A stretch of DNA of 63,935 bases, filler included, from Myxococcota bacterium (GTDB lineage Bacteria; Myxococcota_C; UBA6777): NCBI GenBank assembly GCA_023150835.1. It is 3 parts of 3 records of this genome, joined end to end, with 100 filler letters (N's around TTAATTAATTAA, not from the genome) between each part and the next. Parts side by side here need not be neighbours in the genome. Positions count along the whole stretch, not along the records: positions 25,473 to 50,785 come from JAKLKB010000102.1; positions 50,886 to 63,935 come from JAKLKB010000162.1; 1 more part is not named here. One strand, 5' to 3'. The position numbers and the translations under genes are program-made. Shown piece by piece: positions 46,651-55,287 of the stretch (the first letter of the stretch is position 1; each line of letters begins with the position of its first letter). The notes under the pieces were generated by a model. The model was given only the letters and a program-made list of their open reading frames with translations. It was not told the DNA's origin and ran no database searches.

Positions 46651-48336
46651 TTACGAGGCTGATGCGATTAAGCGCAACAACGTTTCGTGATCCATCGGTC
46701 GATACGGGGGAAACGGACCCAAACGCCCCAGCAGACCTTGTTGGCGAAGCCATTGCAGCCTCGTTTGATAAGCGGCCCCATACAGGAGTTGAAGCGCGAC
46801 GTCAACCACACGCCGATGTTCTTGTTGTGCGAGTGCGGAACCTTCCGTCCATGCGTTAAAAGCCCCCATCGCTGGCCCTGTCCAGATCTGATAATCCAGT
46901 TTGCGCGCAGGATCGCCTTGGTTGGCCCACCGCGAAGACAAGCCCAGATACCAACGAAACACCAACGCCATCTTGTGCTTGGGATCTTGCTCAGCCCGCG
47001 TAAGCTGCGAAGCATCACGCGCTGCAAAGTACGCTTGGGTTTGTTCCCAGATCGCGTTCAATGGGGCTTGAAATATCTGGCGTTCCAACATCTCTCGATC
47101 TTTGGCAGGGATCGCTTCGAGGCTCGGAAAGTCCCGATACAACGAATAGAGCTTGGCGGCACGCATCGCAAACATGGTTCCGCGCTTGAGGACTTGGACT
47201 TTGACCCCCATCTCAAACATATCCGCAGCGGGGGCCATGATCACATCGGCCTGTTCGGCTTGTGCAAGCAGCGCACGCACAACCTCCGAACTCCCCGATT
47301 CAACACAGGCTTGGTTGATCGAGCCTGTGACAATGTAGGCTGCGCCCATCGCAAACATTGCAGCCGCAGCATCGGGCGTTCCGATGCCACCTGCTGCCCC
47401 CACCCGCAAGATCCGCTGGTCTCCATAATGCGCTTGCATCTGATCGCGCAACGCACAGATCGTCGGAAACAACGACAGCGCCGGACGATTGTCCGTATGC
47501 CCTCCCGAATCGGCTTCTGCGGTCACTTCGTCGGCCATCGGGATCTCGCTCGCCATCTGCGCTTGTTCGGGGCGCAAGAATCCTTCACGCACCAAGGTCT
47601 CCAACATCGCGCTTGGTGGCGGAGAAAAGAAACGCCGCGCTACCTCAACACGCGATATCTTCGCCATCACACGTTGCGGCGTCTGAACGCGCCCATCTGC
47701 CGAGCGCGAGATCCCCTCCACCCGAAAACGCACCAACGGCAAGGTCAGATCCATATACGCTGAGGCCTCAACAAAACGCACCCCTCGGCTCAAGTACAGA
47801 TCCACCGTCTCCGCTTCCATCTTCGGCTCGTTGGGGCTGTGGATCAGGTTCATCCCAAACGGCGTCCTCAACACCTCCAATCGCGCCAACGCCCGCTCGA
47901 TCGTCGATATCTCCAAGCCTGCCGCTCCAAAATACCCCATCAATCCTGCCTGACTCAGCGATTGGACCATCTCCACCGAGGCGATCCCATTCGCCATCGC
48001 CCCCGCAACATACGGATAGCGTACCCCATACGCCTCACAAAAGGAGGCATCTCCTAGATCCCGCATCGACAACGCAGGCAACACGCCCAGCACAGGCAAG
48101 CCCCGACCTTCCGCCCCCTCCTGCCACACGCCCCCTCGCGCCAAACACGCCTCTCCCTCCACTTCCACCACACCATAACGCTGCGCGATATCTTCCAACG
48201 CTGCTCGTTGCGCTTCATAACCCCTGATCAAGAGGCTTGATTCTCCTTGCCATCTTCCCTGCAAGATCGATCTCCTATCGTTTTCGGTACCATTTCCCGT
48301 CCGACTTTTTGCTCGCAACCCTCTCGCCCAACACAC
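46651..48336 (-). CDS. pfaD: PUFA synthase enoyl reductase PfaD/Pfa1
   Basis: GAMANGIAS, NLIHSP, EASAY, EADSGGHTDNRP, MAPAADMFEMGVKVQV, MALVFRWYL, QIWTGPAMGAFN; start uncertain. Confidence 0.95.
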   Translation of the reverse strand: MCWARGLRAKSRTGNGTENDRRSILQGRWQGESSLLIRGYEAQRAALEDIAQRYGVVEVEGEACLARGGVWQEGAEGRGLPVLGVLPALSMRDLGDASFCEAYGVRYPYVAGAMANGIASVEMVQSLSQAGLMGYFGAAGLEISTIERALARLEVLRTPFGMNLIHSPNEPKMEAETVDLYLSRGVRFVEASAYMDLTLPLVRFRVEGISRSADGRVQTPQRVMAKISRVEVARRFFSPPPSAMLETLVREGFLRPEQAQMASEIPMADEVTAEADSGGHTDNRPALSLFPTICALRDQMQAHYGDQRILRVGAAGGIGTPDAAAAMFAMGAAYIVTGSINQACVESGSSEVVRALLAQAEQADVIMAPAADMFEMGVKVQVLKRGTMFAMRAAKLYSLYRDFPSLEAIPAKDREMLERQIFQAPLNAIWEQTQAYFAARDASQLTRAEQDPKHKMALVFRWYLGLSSRWANQGDPARKLDYQIWTGPAMGAFNAWTEGSALAQQEHRRVVDVALQLLYGAAYQTRLQWLRQQGLLGRLGPFPPYRPMDHETLLRLIASAS

Positions 48337-48378
48337 CGAGCCAAACCAAGACAGAACGACTCCCCTCGGACCTTTGGC

Positions 48379-49590
48379 TCACGCCCCTCGCGACGGCAAC
48401 ACAGCACCCAAGGCTTGATCCAGATCTCGGATCAGATCCGCAACATCTTCGATCCCCACCGACAAGCGCAGCAAGCCCTCAGAAAGGCCCATCTCTGCGC
48501 GCATCCCTGCATCAACGTTGCGATGTGTCGTGGTGGCAGGGTGGGTGATCAGGCTCTTTGTGTCACCAAGATTGTTTGAGATATCGATGATCTCTAAACG
48601 ATCCATCGCCTCGAAAGCTCCGACCTTGCCGCCCTTAACCACAAACGCAACCATCGTTCCCCCCGAACTCATCTGCCGTTTGGCGAGCTCATATTGCGGG
48701 TGGGACGGCAGGCCGGGATAGATTACTCGCTCGATCGCGGGCGACGTCTCCAGATAACGTGCAATGGCCAGTGCATTCGCACAATGCCGCTCCACCCGCA
48801 ACGGCAACGTCTCCAAGCCTTTGAGCGCCAACCACGCATTAAACGGACTCATCGCAGGTCCGCTGTGTCGGTGAAATGGTGTGACAACTTCCTCAATAAA
48901 CGACTTGCTCCCCAAGATCGCCCCGCCCAAACTACGGCCTTGTCCGTCGATGTGCTTGGTCGTCGAATACACCACCACATCCGCCCCCAACACCAACGGA
49001 TGCTGCAAGATCGGCGTTGCAAAGATATTGTCCACGATCACACACGCTCCGACTTCATGCGCCATCGCCGAAACCGCCGCGATATCCACCAACTCTAACG
49101 TCGGATTGGAGGGCGATTCCAAAAACACATACGCTGTCTTTTCTCCCAACGCTTTTTGCCATGCCCCCAGATCCCGACCATCCACCAACACCGTCTCGAC
49201 CTGAAAACGCGGCAAGATCTGTGTGATGATGTAGTGACAAGAGCCAAACAACGCACGACTCGCCACCACCCGATCTCCCGGGCGAATCCCCGCCATCAAC
49301 GACACAAACACCGCTGCCATCCCGCTCGCCACCACCCGACAAGCCTCTGCACCTTCCATCATCCGCAAGCGTTCTTCCAACATCCCCTGTGTCGGCCCAC
49401 CATAACGCGCATACACGTACCCCGGCACTTCACCTCGAAAACGCAACTCCGCTTCTTCGGCTGACTCGTAGCAAAACCCTGAATTCATATAGATCGCTTC
49501 GCTCGTCTCCCCATACTCCGAGCGTTCCGTCCCGCCACGCACCAACTTCGTTGCCTGCCCCCACAAGCTCGTATCCACATCTCGCTTCAT
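48379..49590 (-). CDS. metZ: O-succinylhomoserine sulfhydrylase
   Basis: ETSEAIYMNSGF, YVYARYG, SRALFGSC, ESPSNP, STTKHIDGQGR (PLP Lys), ISNNLGDTKSLITHPATTTH. Confidence 0.92.
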   Translation of the reverse strand: MKRDVDTSLWGQATKLVRGGTERSEYGETSEAIYMNSGFCYESAEEAELRFRGEVPGYVYARYGGPTQGMLEERLRMMEGAEACRVVASGMAAVFVSLMAGIRPGDRVVASRALFGSCHYIITQILPRFQVETVLVDGRDLGAWQKALGEKTAYVFLESPSNPTLELVDIAAVSAMAHEVGACVIVDNIFATPILQHPLVLGADVVVYSTTKHIDGQGRSLGGAILGSKSFIEEVVTPFHRHSGPAMSPFNAWLALKGLETLPLRVERHCANALAIARYLETSPAIERVIYPGLPSHPQYELAKRQMSSGGTMVAFVVKGGKVGAFEAMDRLEIIDISNNLGDTKSLITHPATTTHRNVDAGMRAEMGLSEGLLRLSVGIEDVADLIRDLDQALGAVLPSRGA

Positions 49591-49650
49591 CTCGCCCTCT
49601 TTTGTTTGACCGCTTTCTCAAAACATTGACGCGAGGGGTCGGTCTTTTGA

Positions 49651-50547
49651 CTACGACCACCAGCGCATCAACACCTCGGCAAAGCGATCCGCTGCGCCTG
49701 CATCCATCCGAAAAAACAGTTCCGGCTCAAAGATTTCTAGCTCGATCAAGGTGAAGCCGTCCTCTTGCACGATCCCATCGACGCGGGCATAGAGCAATGT
49801 TTGTCCCACGCTGTCAAGTATCTTCTCTGCAACGTCCCGCACTTCTCGATCCACTTCTTCCGCACAAGCCCGACCACCATGCTTGTCCTGCACACGAAAC
49901 TCTCCGCCCTTCGGTATTTTTCGCACACTATGGCTGTACTCCCCCCCAAAAAAGATCAACGACCATTCTCCCTTGCTTAGAACTTCAGGCAAAAATGGCT
50001 GCAACATCATCGCTTTTTCCGCCAACAATGCCCGATAGCGCGGCGCAAAAGCCTCCATCTCCGCCACCCCCAAACGGTACGTATCCAAACCTCCTGCTGC
50101 GATCACGGGCTTCAACACCACTTCTGACCAACCCGCCTCAGACGCCACTTCCACCAACGAACGTGGATCGTCTACATCCATGTAGACCGTCGGGATCACT
50201 CGTGCGCCTCGACGCCCAAGCTCCGCAAGATACGTCTTTTCGATATTCCATCGCAACAACGCCGGATCGTGCGCCACCCGCATCCCCGTCCCCGATAACG
50301 CCTCCAACCATCCCAAAAATCCCGCCGCATCTTCTTGATAATCCCACGGTGTCCGCACCAAACACGCATCGCAATCCACACCCAACGGATCATCTCGACG
50401 CCACACCAGCGGCTGCACTTCCACGCCTCGCCCCCGCAACGCCCGCACCAAGTGCATATCATCCGCCGTCACCAACGGCGACTCCGCGCTCCAAAAAGCC
50501 TCCCCGATCGTTTCGCATGTAATCCAGCCCAACTTTCGCAACACCAT
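49651..50547 (-). CDS. ATP-grasp domain protein (RimK/glutathione synthetase-like)
   Basis: RTPWDY, WNIEKTYL, VLKP, QPFL...GEWSL, FRVQ..HGG, LYARVD, ELEIFEP. Confidence 0.85.
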   Translation of the reverse strand: MVLRKLGWITCETIGEAFWSAESPLVTADDMHLVRALRGRGVEVQPLVWRRDDPLGVDCDACLVRTPWDYQEDAAGFLGWLEALSGTGMRVAHDPALLRWNIEKTYLAELGRRGARVIPTVYMDVDDPRSLVEVASEAGWSEVVLKPVIAAGGLDTYRLGVAEMEAFAPRYRALLAEKAMMLQPFLPEVLSKGEWSLIFFGGEYSHSVRKIPKGGEFRVQDKHGGRACAEEVDREVRDVAEKILDSVGQTLLYARVDGIVQEDGFTLIELEIFEPELFFRMDAGAADRFAEVLMRWWS

Positions 50548-50609
50548 CCGCACCTCTCACAAGTCTTTTTTGGTTGATAACAGACGCAATTCTTCCCACT
50601 CAACGACGA

Positions 50610-50777
50610 TAGGACTTACGCACTTGGGCTGGTGTGGTGGGGTTTCACCCCACACCCCACAAGGGACTGTCGCCCCTTGACCCCGAAAGGGGCGAAACGA
50701 TCACTGTTTTTCACACAGACGACCCTCTCGCTTGGAACACCGCGAACACGGGTTTTTTTGGGCAACTGCGTAAGTTC
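50610..50777 (-). mobile_element. Repeat family B, full copy at contig end
   Basis: Ends TAGGACTTACGCA and TGCGTAAGTTC; interior is the reverse complement of 31742-31903. Confidence 0.85.
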
Positions 50778-50785
50778 GATATGAT

Positions 50786-50885
50786 NNNNNNNNNNNNNNN
50801 NNNNNNNNNNNNNNNNNNNNNNNNNNNNNTTAATTAATTAANNNNNNNNNNNNNNNNNNNNNNNNNNNNNNNNNNNNNNNNNNNN
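50786..50885. other. Artificial contig linker
   Basis: N44-TTAATTAATTAA-N44. Confidence 0.99.
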
Positions 50886-51231
50886 CGGGGAGAGTGGGTT
50901 CACCGTCGGGGAGAGTGGGTTCACCGTCGGGGAGAGTGGGTTCACCGTCGGGGAGAGTGGGTTCACCGTCGGGGAGAGTGGGTTCACCGTCGGGATTGCT
51001 GCCGTCGGGAGTGTTGCCGTCAGGAGTGTTGCCGTCAGGAGTGTTGCCGTCAGGAGTGTTTGTTTTTTGAGTGCATTTTTTTGCTCCTTCCACCATGTTG
51101 CAGGTGTAAGTTTTGCCTTTTTTGGCGCAATCACCGTCATTTTGACATTCGTCAGCAGAGCACCCTGAGAAGAAAGGAAGGAAAAGAAAAGCGAGGCATA
51201 TGCTCAGAAAGAAACGGATACGAACACTCAT
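50886..51231 (-). CDS. Cys-rich lipoprotein, 5' part only (runs off the contig in a tandem repeat)
   Basis: AAGGAG RBS, lipobox FSGC, SADECQ..DC.KKG...C...GAKKC shared with neighbours; 15-bp TPDGN and 21-bp PDGEPTL repeats. Confidence 0.85.
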
Positions 51232-51344
51232 CTTGGGTTCTCCTTAGTGTTTGTTTGCTGGGAAATCCTGAGAAATCCCACTCAGCACGTTTTGTGTTTG
51301 AGGCGACTTAAACGTTTTTTATTTATCGTACCGCTACAAGGGCG

Positions 51345-51374
51345 ACTATAGAGTAAAGAACGAAAGAGCGTCAA
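51345..51374 (-). promoter_or_regulatory. Putative sigma70 promoter
   Basis: TTGACG-N18-TATAGT upstream of the 51231 gene. Confidence 0.55.
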
Positions 51375-51467
51375 TGCTTTCTTCTGTTTTTATCAAAGCT
51401 TTTTTCTTGCGCTCGTCGAAATGTCGGAGGTAGGCTTTTTTGTAGGGCTGTTGCTCGGATCGAATGA

Positions 51468-51585
51468 TGCGACATTGGGGAGATGTGTGATCGCAACGTC
51501 GGTGCGATCACCTGTGACGGCTCTGTGGTTGGGTCACAGGGGGCGGCCCCTACGATTTCCGATCGTGCGATGGGCGGATCTCGTA
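51468..51585 (-). mobile_element. Repeat family A, copy 7 (inverted)
   Basis: Minus strand TACGAGATCCGCCCATCG...GTAGGGGCCGCCCCCTGTG...CGATCACACATC. Confidence 0.75.
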
Positions 51586-51657
51586 GGTGTTAGACAAGCA
51601 TGGAAAGGGTGGATCGGCAAGGCGAAAAGGAGGAGGGGCAGGAGGGGGAAAGGAGGA

Positions 51658-53292
51658 TTAGGGGAGGCAGACGCCCGCGCCACTGTTGCAGGTGGTACCG
51701 GTGGGGCAGGTTTGGCCGGCTTGGGAGCAGGGGAAGACGCAGGCTTTTGCGCCTGTGGAGGGGTTGATCTCGATACAGGTCATGGTGCCGCCTGTCGCGC
51801 CGTTGCAAGTCGAAGGATCGACGCCGCAATCTTTGGAGCAGACGCCGTTGGACGCACCCGTAAGACCAAGACAGAAGAGACCTTTTTGGCAGCCTTCGGT
51901 GGTGGCTTTGGTGGTGGCTTTGGAGCAGATATCGCCGAGGCCGATCGGGCCGATGGGGATTTCAGCAAGGCAAGCATCGCCGAGGTCGGTGCTGCATTCA
52001 AGGCCGATGGGGCAGGCTTTGCCGCCAGCACAGTCGGAGAAGCAACCGCCAAAGGTGGTGCCGGTGGAGGATTGGAGGCCGACGCACTTGGTGCCGGTTC
52101 CGCAGGTTTTGCCGGGGGTGGTGCAGGTGCCTTCCCAGATCTGGATGCAGATGGCTTTGGTGCCGTTGAGGCCGATACATTGGAGTCCGCCTGCGCAAAG
52201 GCCAGCGGTGTCGATCTTATCTTTGGTGGTGTCGAGTTGTTGGCAAGCAGCGTTTTGTTGGAGGGAACCGGCCCAACGGCAAGCACCGCCGCCGCTGTTG
52301 AGGGTGAGGCACTCTGCGCTGCCGGGGCAAGTGGAGGTGGGGCCGGGGGTGCATTTTTTAAGGCAGTAGGAGACGGTGCCACCGTTGCCATCGTCGAAGC
52401 CAACGCAGACGTCATCGTTGCCGCAACCTTTGACGCCACCGCATTTTTCGAGGGTACCGACGATGGTTTGCTCGATGCAGGTGCCGGTGTTGGGATCGCA
52501 AGCGAGGGGTTTGGCAGCGCCACGATCGCAGAGTTTGAGGGGTTCGCTGTTGTCGTTTTCGCGGTTGCAAGGATCGCCGACGTTTTTCTTGATGTCGGGC
52601 TTGGTGCATTTTTGGGTGGTGGTGCTGCAATAGAGGTCGACGTTGGGGGTGGTGGTGTCTTCTTTACAGCGGGCTTGGCTTTTGTTTCCGAAGCCGCAGG
52701 CTTGGCCTTCGGTGGCGTTGTTGTTGAGGCAAACGCTGACGCTACCGTCTTGGGTGACGACTTCGCAGTTGGTGCGGCCATCGGTGTTTGCGGCGCAGAC
52801 GGCTTGGTTGTCGGTGCAATCTTGGAAGCAGCGAGCTTCGGTTTGAGTGATGCCAAGGCAGATCAAGCCAGCTTGGCAGGTGCCTGTGGGGCTGCCTTGT
52901 ATTGGGATGCAGGTGTTGAAAGAGCTGCCTCTGAGGGAGGTTTCAGTGGGTGGGGCTTCGATGGGTGAGGCTTCGATGGAGGTTTCGATGGGTGGGGCTT
53001 CGATGGAGGCTTTATCGTCCGATGGAAGGGCTTCATCGTCAGGATGGGTGGTGTTTTTATCAATATGGGCGGCTTCGCCGTCGGGAGGTGCTTCGCCGTC
53101 GGAGGGAGTGTCGGAGGAGCGGGTCGTGTCTACGCATTTTTTGGCTCCACCCACGAAGCGGCAGGCATAACCTTTTTGTAAGCTCCCGCAATCGCGGTCG
53201 TGTTGGCAATCATCGGAAGAACATCCGACGAAGAGGTTTGGGGTGACGACCGCCAAACTTCCGAGAAGAAAAAAGCGCAGTAAGAGGAACAT
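51658..53292 (-). CDS. Cys-rich repeat lipoprotein (paralog 2)
   Basis: Lipobox FVGC, acidic/Pro linker, ~410 aa Cys-rich body nearly identical to 53436-55079. Confidence 0.88.
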   Translation of the reverse strand: MFLLLRFFLLGSLAVVTPNLFVGCSSDDCQHDRDCGSLQKGYACRFVGGAKKCVDTTRSSDTPSDGEAPPDGEAAHIDKNTTHPDDEALPSDDKASIEAPPIETSIEASPIEAPPTETSLRGSSFNTCIPIQGSPTGTCQAGLICLGITQTEARCFQDCTDNQAVCAANTDGRTNCEVVTQDGSVSVCLNNNATEGQACGFGNKSQARCKEDTTTPNVDLYCSTTTQKCTKPDIKKNVGDPCNRENDNSEPLKLCDRGAAKPLACDPNTGTCIEQTIVGTLEKCGGVKGCGNDDVCVGFDDGNGGTVSYCLKKCTPGPTSTCPGSAECLTLNSGGGACRWAGSLQQNAACQQLDTTKDKIDTAGLCAGGLQCIGLNGTKAICIQIWEGTCTTPGKTCGTGTKCVGLQSSTGTTFGGCFSDCAGGKACPIGLECSTDLGDACLAEIPIGPIGLGDICSKATTKATTEGCQKGLFCLGLTGASNGVCSKDCGVDPSTCNGATGGTMTCIEINPSTGAKACVFPCSQAGQTCPTGTTCNSGAGVCLP

Positions 53293-53435
53293 GTTCGTTC
53301 TCCCCCGTGTTTTCAGGGTTTCCAACCATTTCGTGGGCAGGTTTCGTGGGTGTTAGATTGGCATGGAAGGGGTGGATCTGCAAGGCGAAAAAAGGGTAGC
53401 GGAGGATGAGGGTAGCGGAGGATGAGAGCAGGGGA

Positions 53436-55079
53436 TTAGGGGAGGCAGACGCCCGCGCCACTGTTGCAGGTGGTGCCGGTGGGGCAGGTTTGGCCGGCTT
53501 GGGAGCAGGGGAAGACGCAGGCTTTTGCGCCCGAGGAGGGGTTGATCTCGATACAGGTCATGGTGCCGCCTGTAGCGCCGTTGCAAGCCGAAGGATCGAC
53601 GCCGCAATCTTTGGAGCAGACGCCTTTGGGGGCTTGGGGGAGGCCAAGGCAGAAGAGACCTTTTTGGCAGCCTTCGGTGGCGACTTTGGTGGTGTCGGTG
53701 GAGCAGACGCCGCCGAGAGCAACGGGACCGATGGGGGCTTCACCAAGGCAAGCATCGCCGAGGCTGCTGCTGCACTCAAGGCCGGTGGGGCAGGCTTTGC
53801 CACCAGCGCAGTCAGAGAAGCAACCGCCAAAGGTGGTGCCGGAGGTGGATTGGAGGCCGACGCACTTGGTGCCGGTTCCGCAGGTTTTACCGGGAGTGGT
53901 GCAGGTGCCTTCCCAGATCTGGATGCAGATGGGTTTGGTGCCGTTGAGGCCGATACATTGGAGTCCGCCTGCGCAAAGGCCGGCGGTATCGATCTTGTCT
54001 TTGGTGGTGTCGAGTTGTTGGCAAGCCGCGTTTTGCTGGAGGGAACCAGCCCAACGGCAAGCGCCGCCGCCGCTGTTGAGGGTGAGGCACTCAGCGTTGC
54101 CGGGGCAGGTGGAGGTGGGGCCGGGGGTGCATTTTTTGAGGCAGTAGGAGACGGTCGCGCCGTTGCCATCGTCGAAACCGACGCAGACGTCATCGTTGCC
54201 GCAGCCTTTGACGCCACCGCATTTTTCGAGGGTGCCGACGATGGTTTGCTCGATGCAGGTGCCGGTGTTGGGATCGCAAGCGAGGGGCTTGGTCGCGCCA
54301 CGATCACAGAGTTTGAGGGGTTCGCTGTTGTCGTTTTCGCGGTTGCAAGGATCACCGACGTTTTTCTTGATGTCGGGCTTGGTGCATTTTTGGGTGGTGG
54401 CGCTGCAATAGAGGTCGACGTTGGGGGTGTTGGCGTCTTCTTTACAGCGGGCTTGGCTTTTGTTTCCGAAGCCGCAGGCTTGGCCTTCGGTGGCGTTGTT
54501 GTTGAGGCAAACGCTGACGCTGCCGTCTTGTGTGACGACTTCGCAGTTGGTGCGGCCATCGGTGTTGGCGGCGCAGACGGCTTGGTTGCTGGTGCAATCT
54601 TGGAAGCAGCGGGCTTCGGTTTGGGTGATGCCGAGGCAGATCAAGCCAGCTTGGCAGGTGCCTGTGGGGTTGCCTTGTTGTTGGGTGCAGATGTCACCCA
54701 CGGAACCTGTGCCGACGGGGGTTTCACCGGGGGTTTCGGTGGGTGGGTTTTCGGTGATGACTTCGCCGTCGGGCTTGGGGCCTTCGGTGGTGCCGTCGGG
54801 AGTACCGTCGGGGGTACCGTCGGGAGTGCCGTCGGGTTTGGTGCCGTCGGGGGTACCATCGGCGGTGGTGCCATCGGGGCTGCCGTCAGCGACGGTACCG
54901 TCGGTGGTGTTGGTAACGCATTTTTTTGCGCCACTGGTGAGTTTGCAGACGAGGTTTGCGCCTTTTTTGGTGCAATCGGCGTTGGTTTGGCACTCATCGG
55001 CGCTACAACCCGTGTAGAGGCCGGAGGCGACGACGAGTCCAAACATCGCCGTCAGAAAAAAACGAACAGAACGAGACAT
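53436..55079 (-). CDS. Cys-rich repeat lipoprotein (paralog 3)
   Basis: AAAGGAG RBS, lipobox YTGC, DGTP repeat linker, Cys-rich body. Confidence 0.9.
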   Translation of the reverse strand: MSRSVRFFLTAMFGLVVASGLYTGCSADECQTNADCTKKGANLVCKLTSGAKKCVTNTTDGTVADGSPDGTTADGTPDGTKPDGTPDGTPDGTPDGTTEGPKPDGEVITENPPTETPGETPVGTGSVGDICTQQQGNPTGTCQAGLICLGITQTEARCFQDCTSNQAVCAANTDGRTNCEVVTQDGSVSVCLNNNATEGQACGFGNKSQARCKEDANTPNVDLYCSATTQKCTKPDIKKNVGDPCNRENDNSEPLKLCDRGATKPLACDPNTGTCIEQTIVGTLEKCGGVKGCGNDDVCVGFDDGNGATVSYCLKKCTPGPTSTCPGNAECLTLNSGGGACRWAGSLQQNAACQQLDTTKDKIDTAGLCAGGLQCIGLNGTKPICIQIWEGTCTTPGKTCGTGTKCVGLQSTSGTTFGGCFSDCAGGKACPTGLECSSSLGDACLGEAPIGPVALGGVCSTDTTKVATEGCQKGLFCLGLPQAPKGVCSKDCGVDPSACNGATGGTMTCIEINPSSGAKACVFPCSQAGQTCPTGTTCNSGAGVCLP

Positions 55080-55287
55080 ACGAGATTCTCCTTTGCTTGG
55101 GGTCCATCCAAAGCTCCGAATTTTCTTGCATCGTGAGCTTTGTGGAGGGGTCAGTGTTTGCCACCGAGTTGGGTGATTCAACGCGGGAACGTGTGGAAAG
55201 TCAAGTCTTTTTTCGCGTCCCCCCAAGGACAAACATCAGTCCTCGGGGGGGGAGCGAAGGTGTGATGAAAGAGAGACAAGTGATGGT

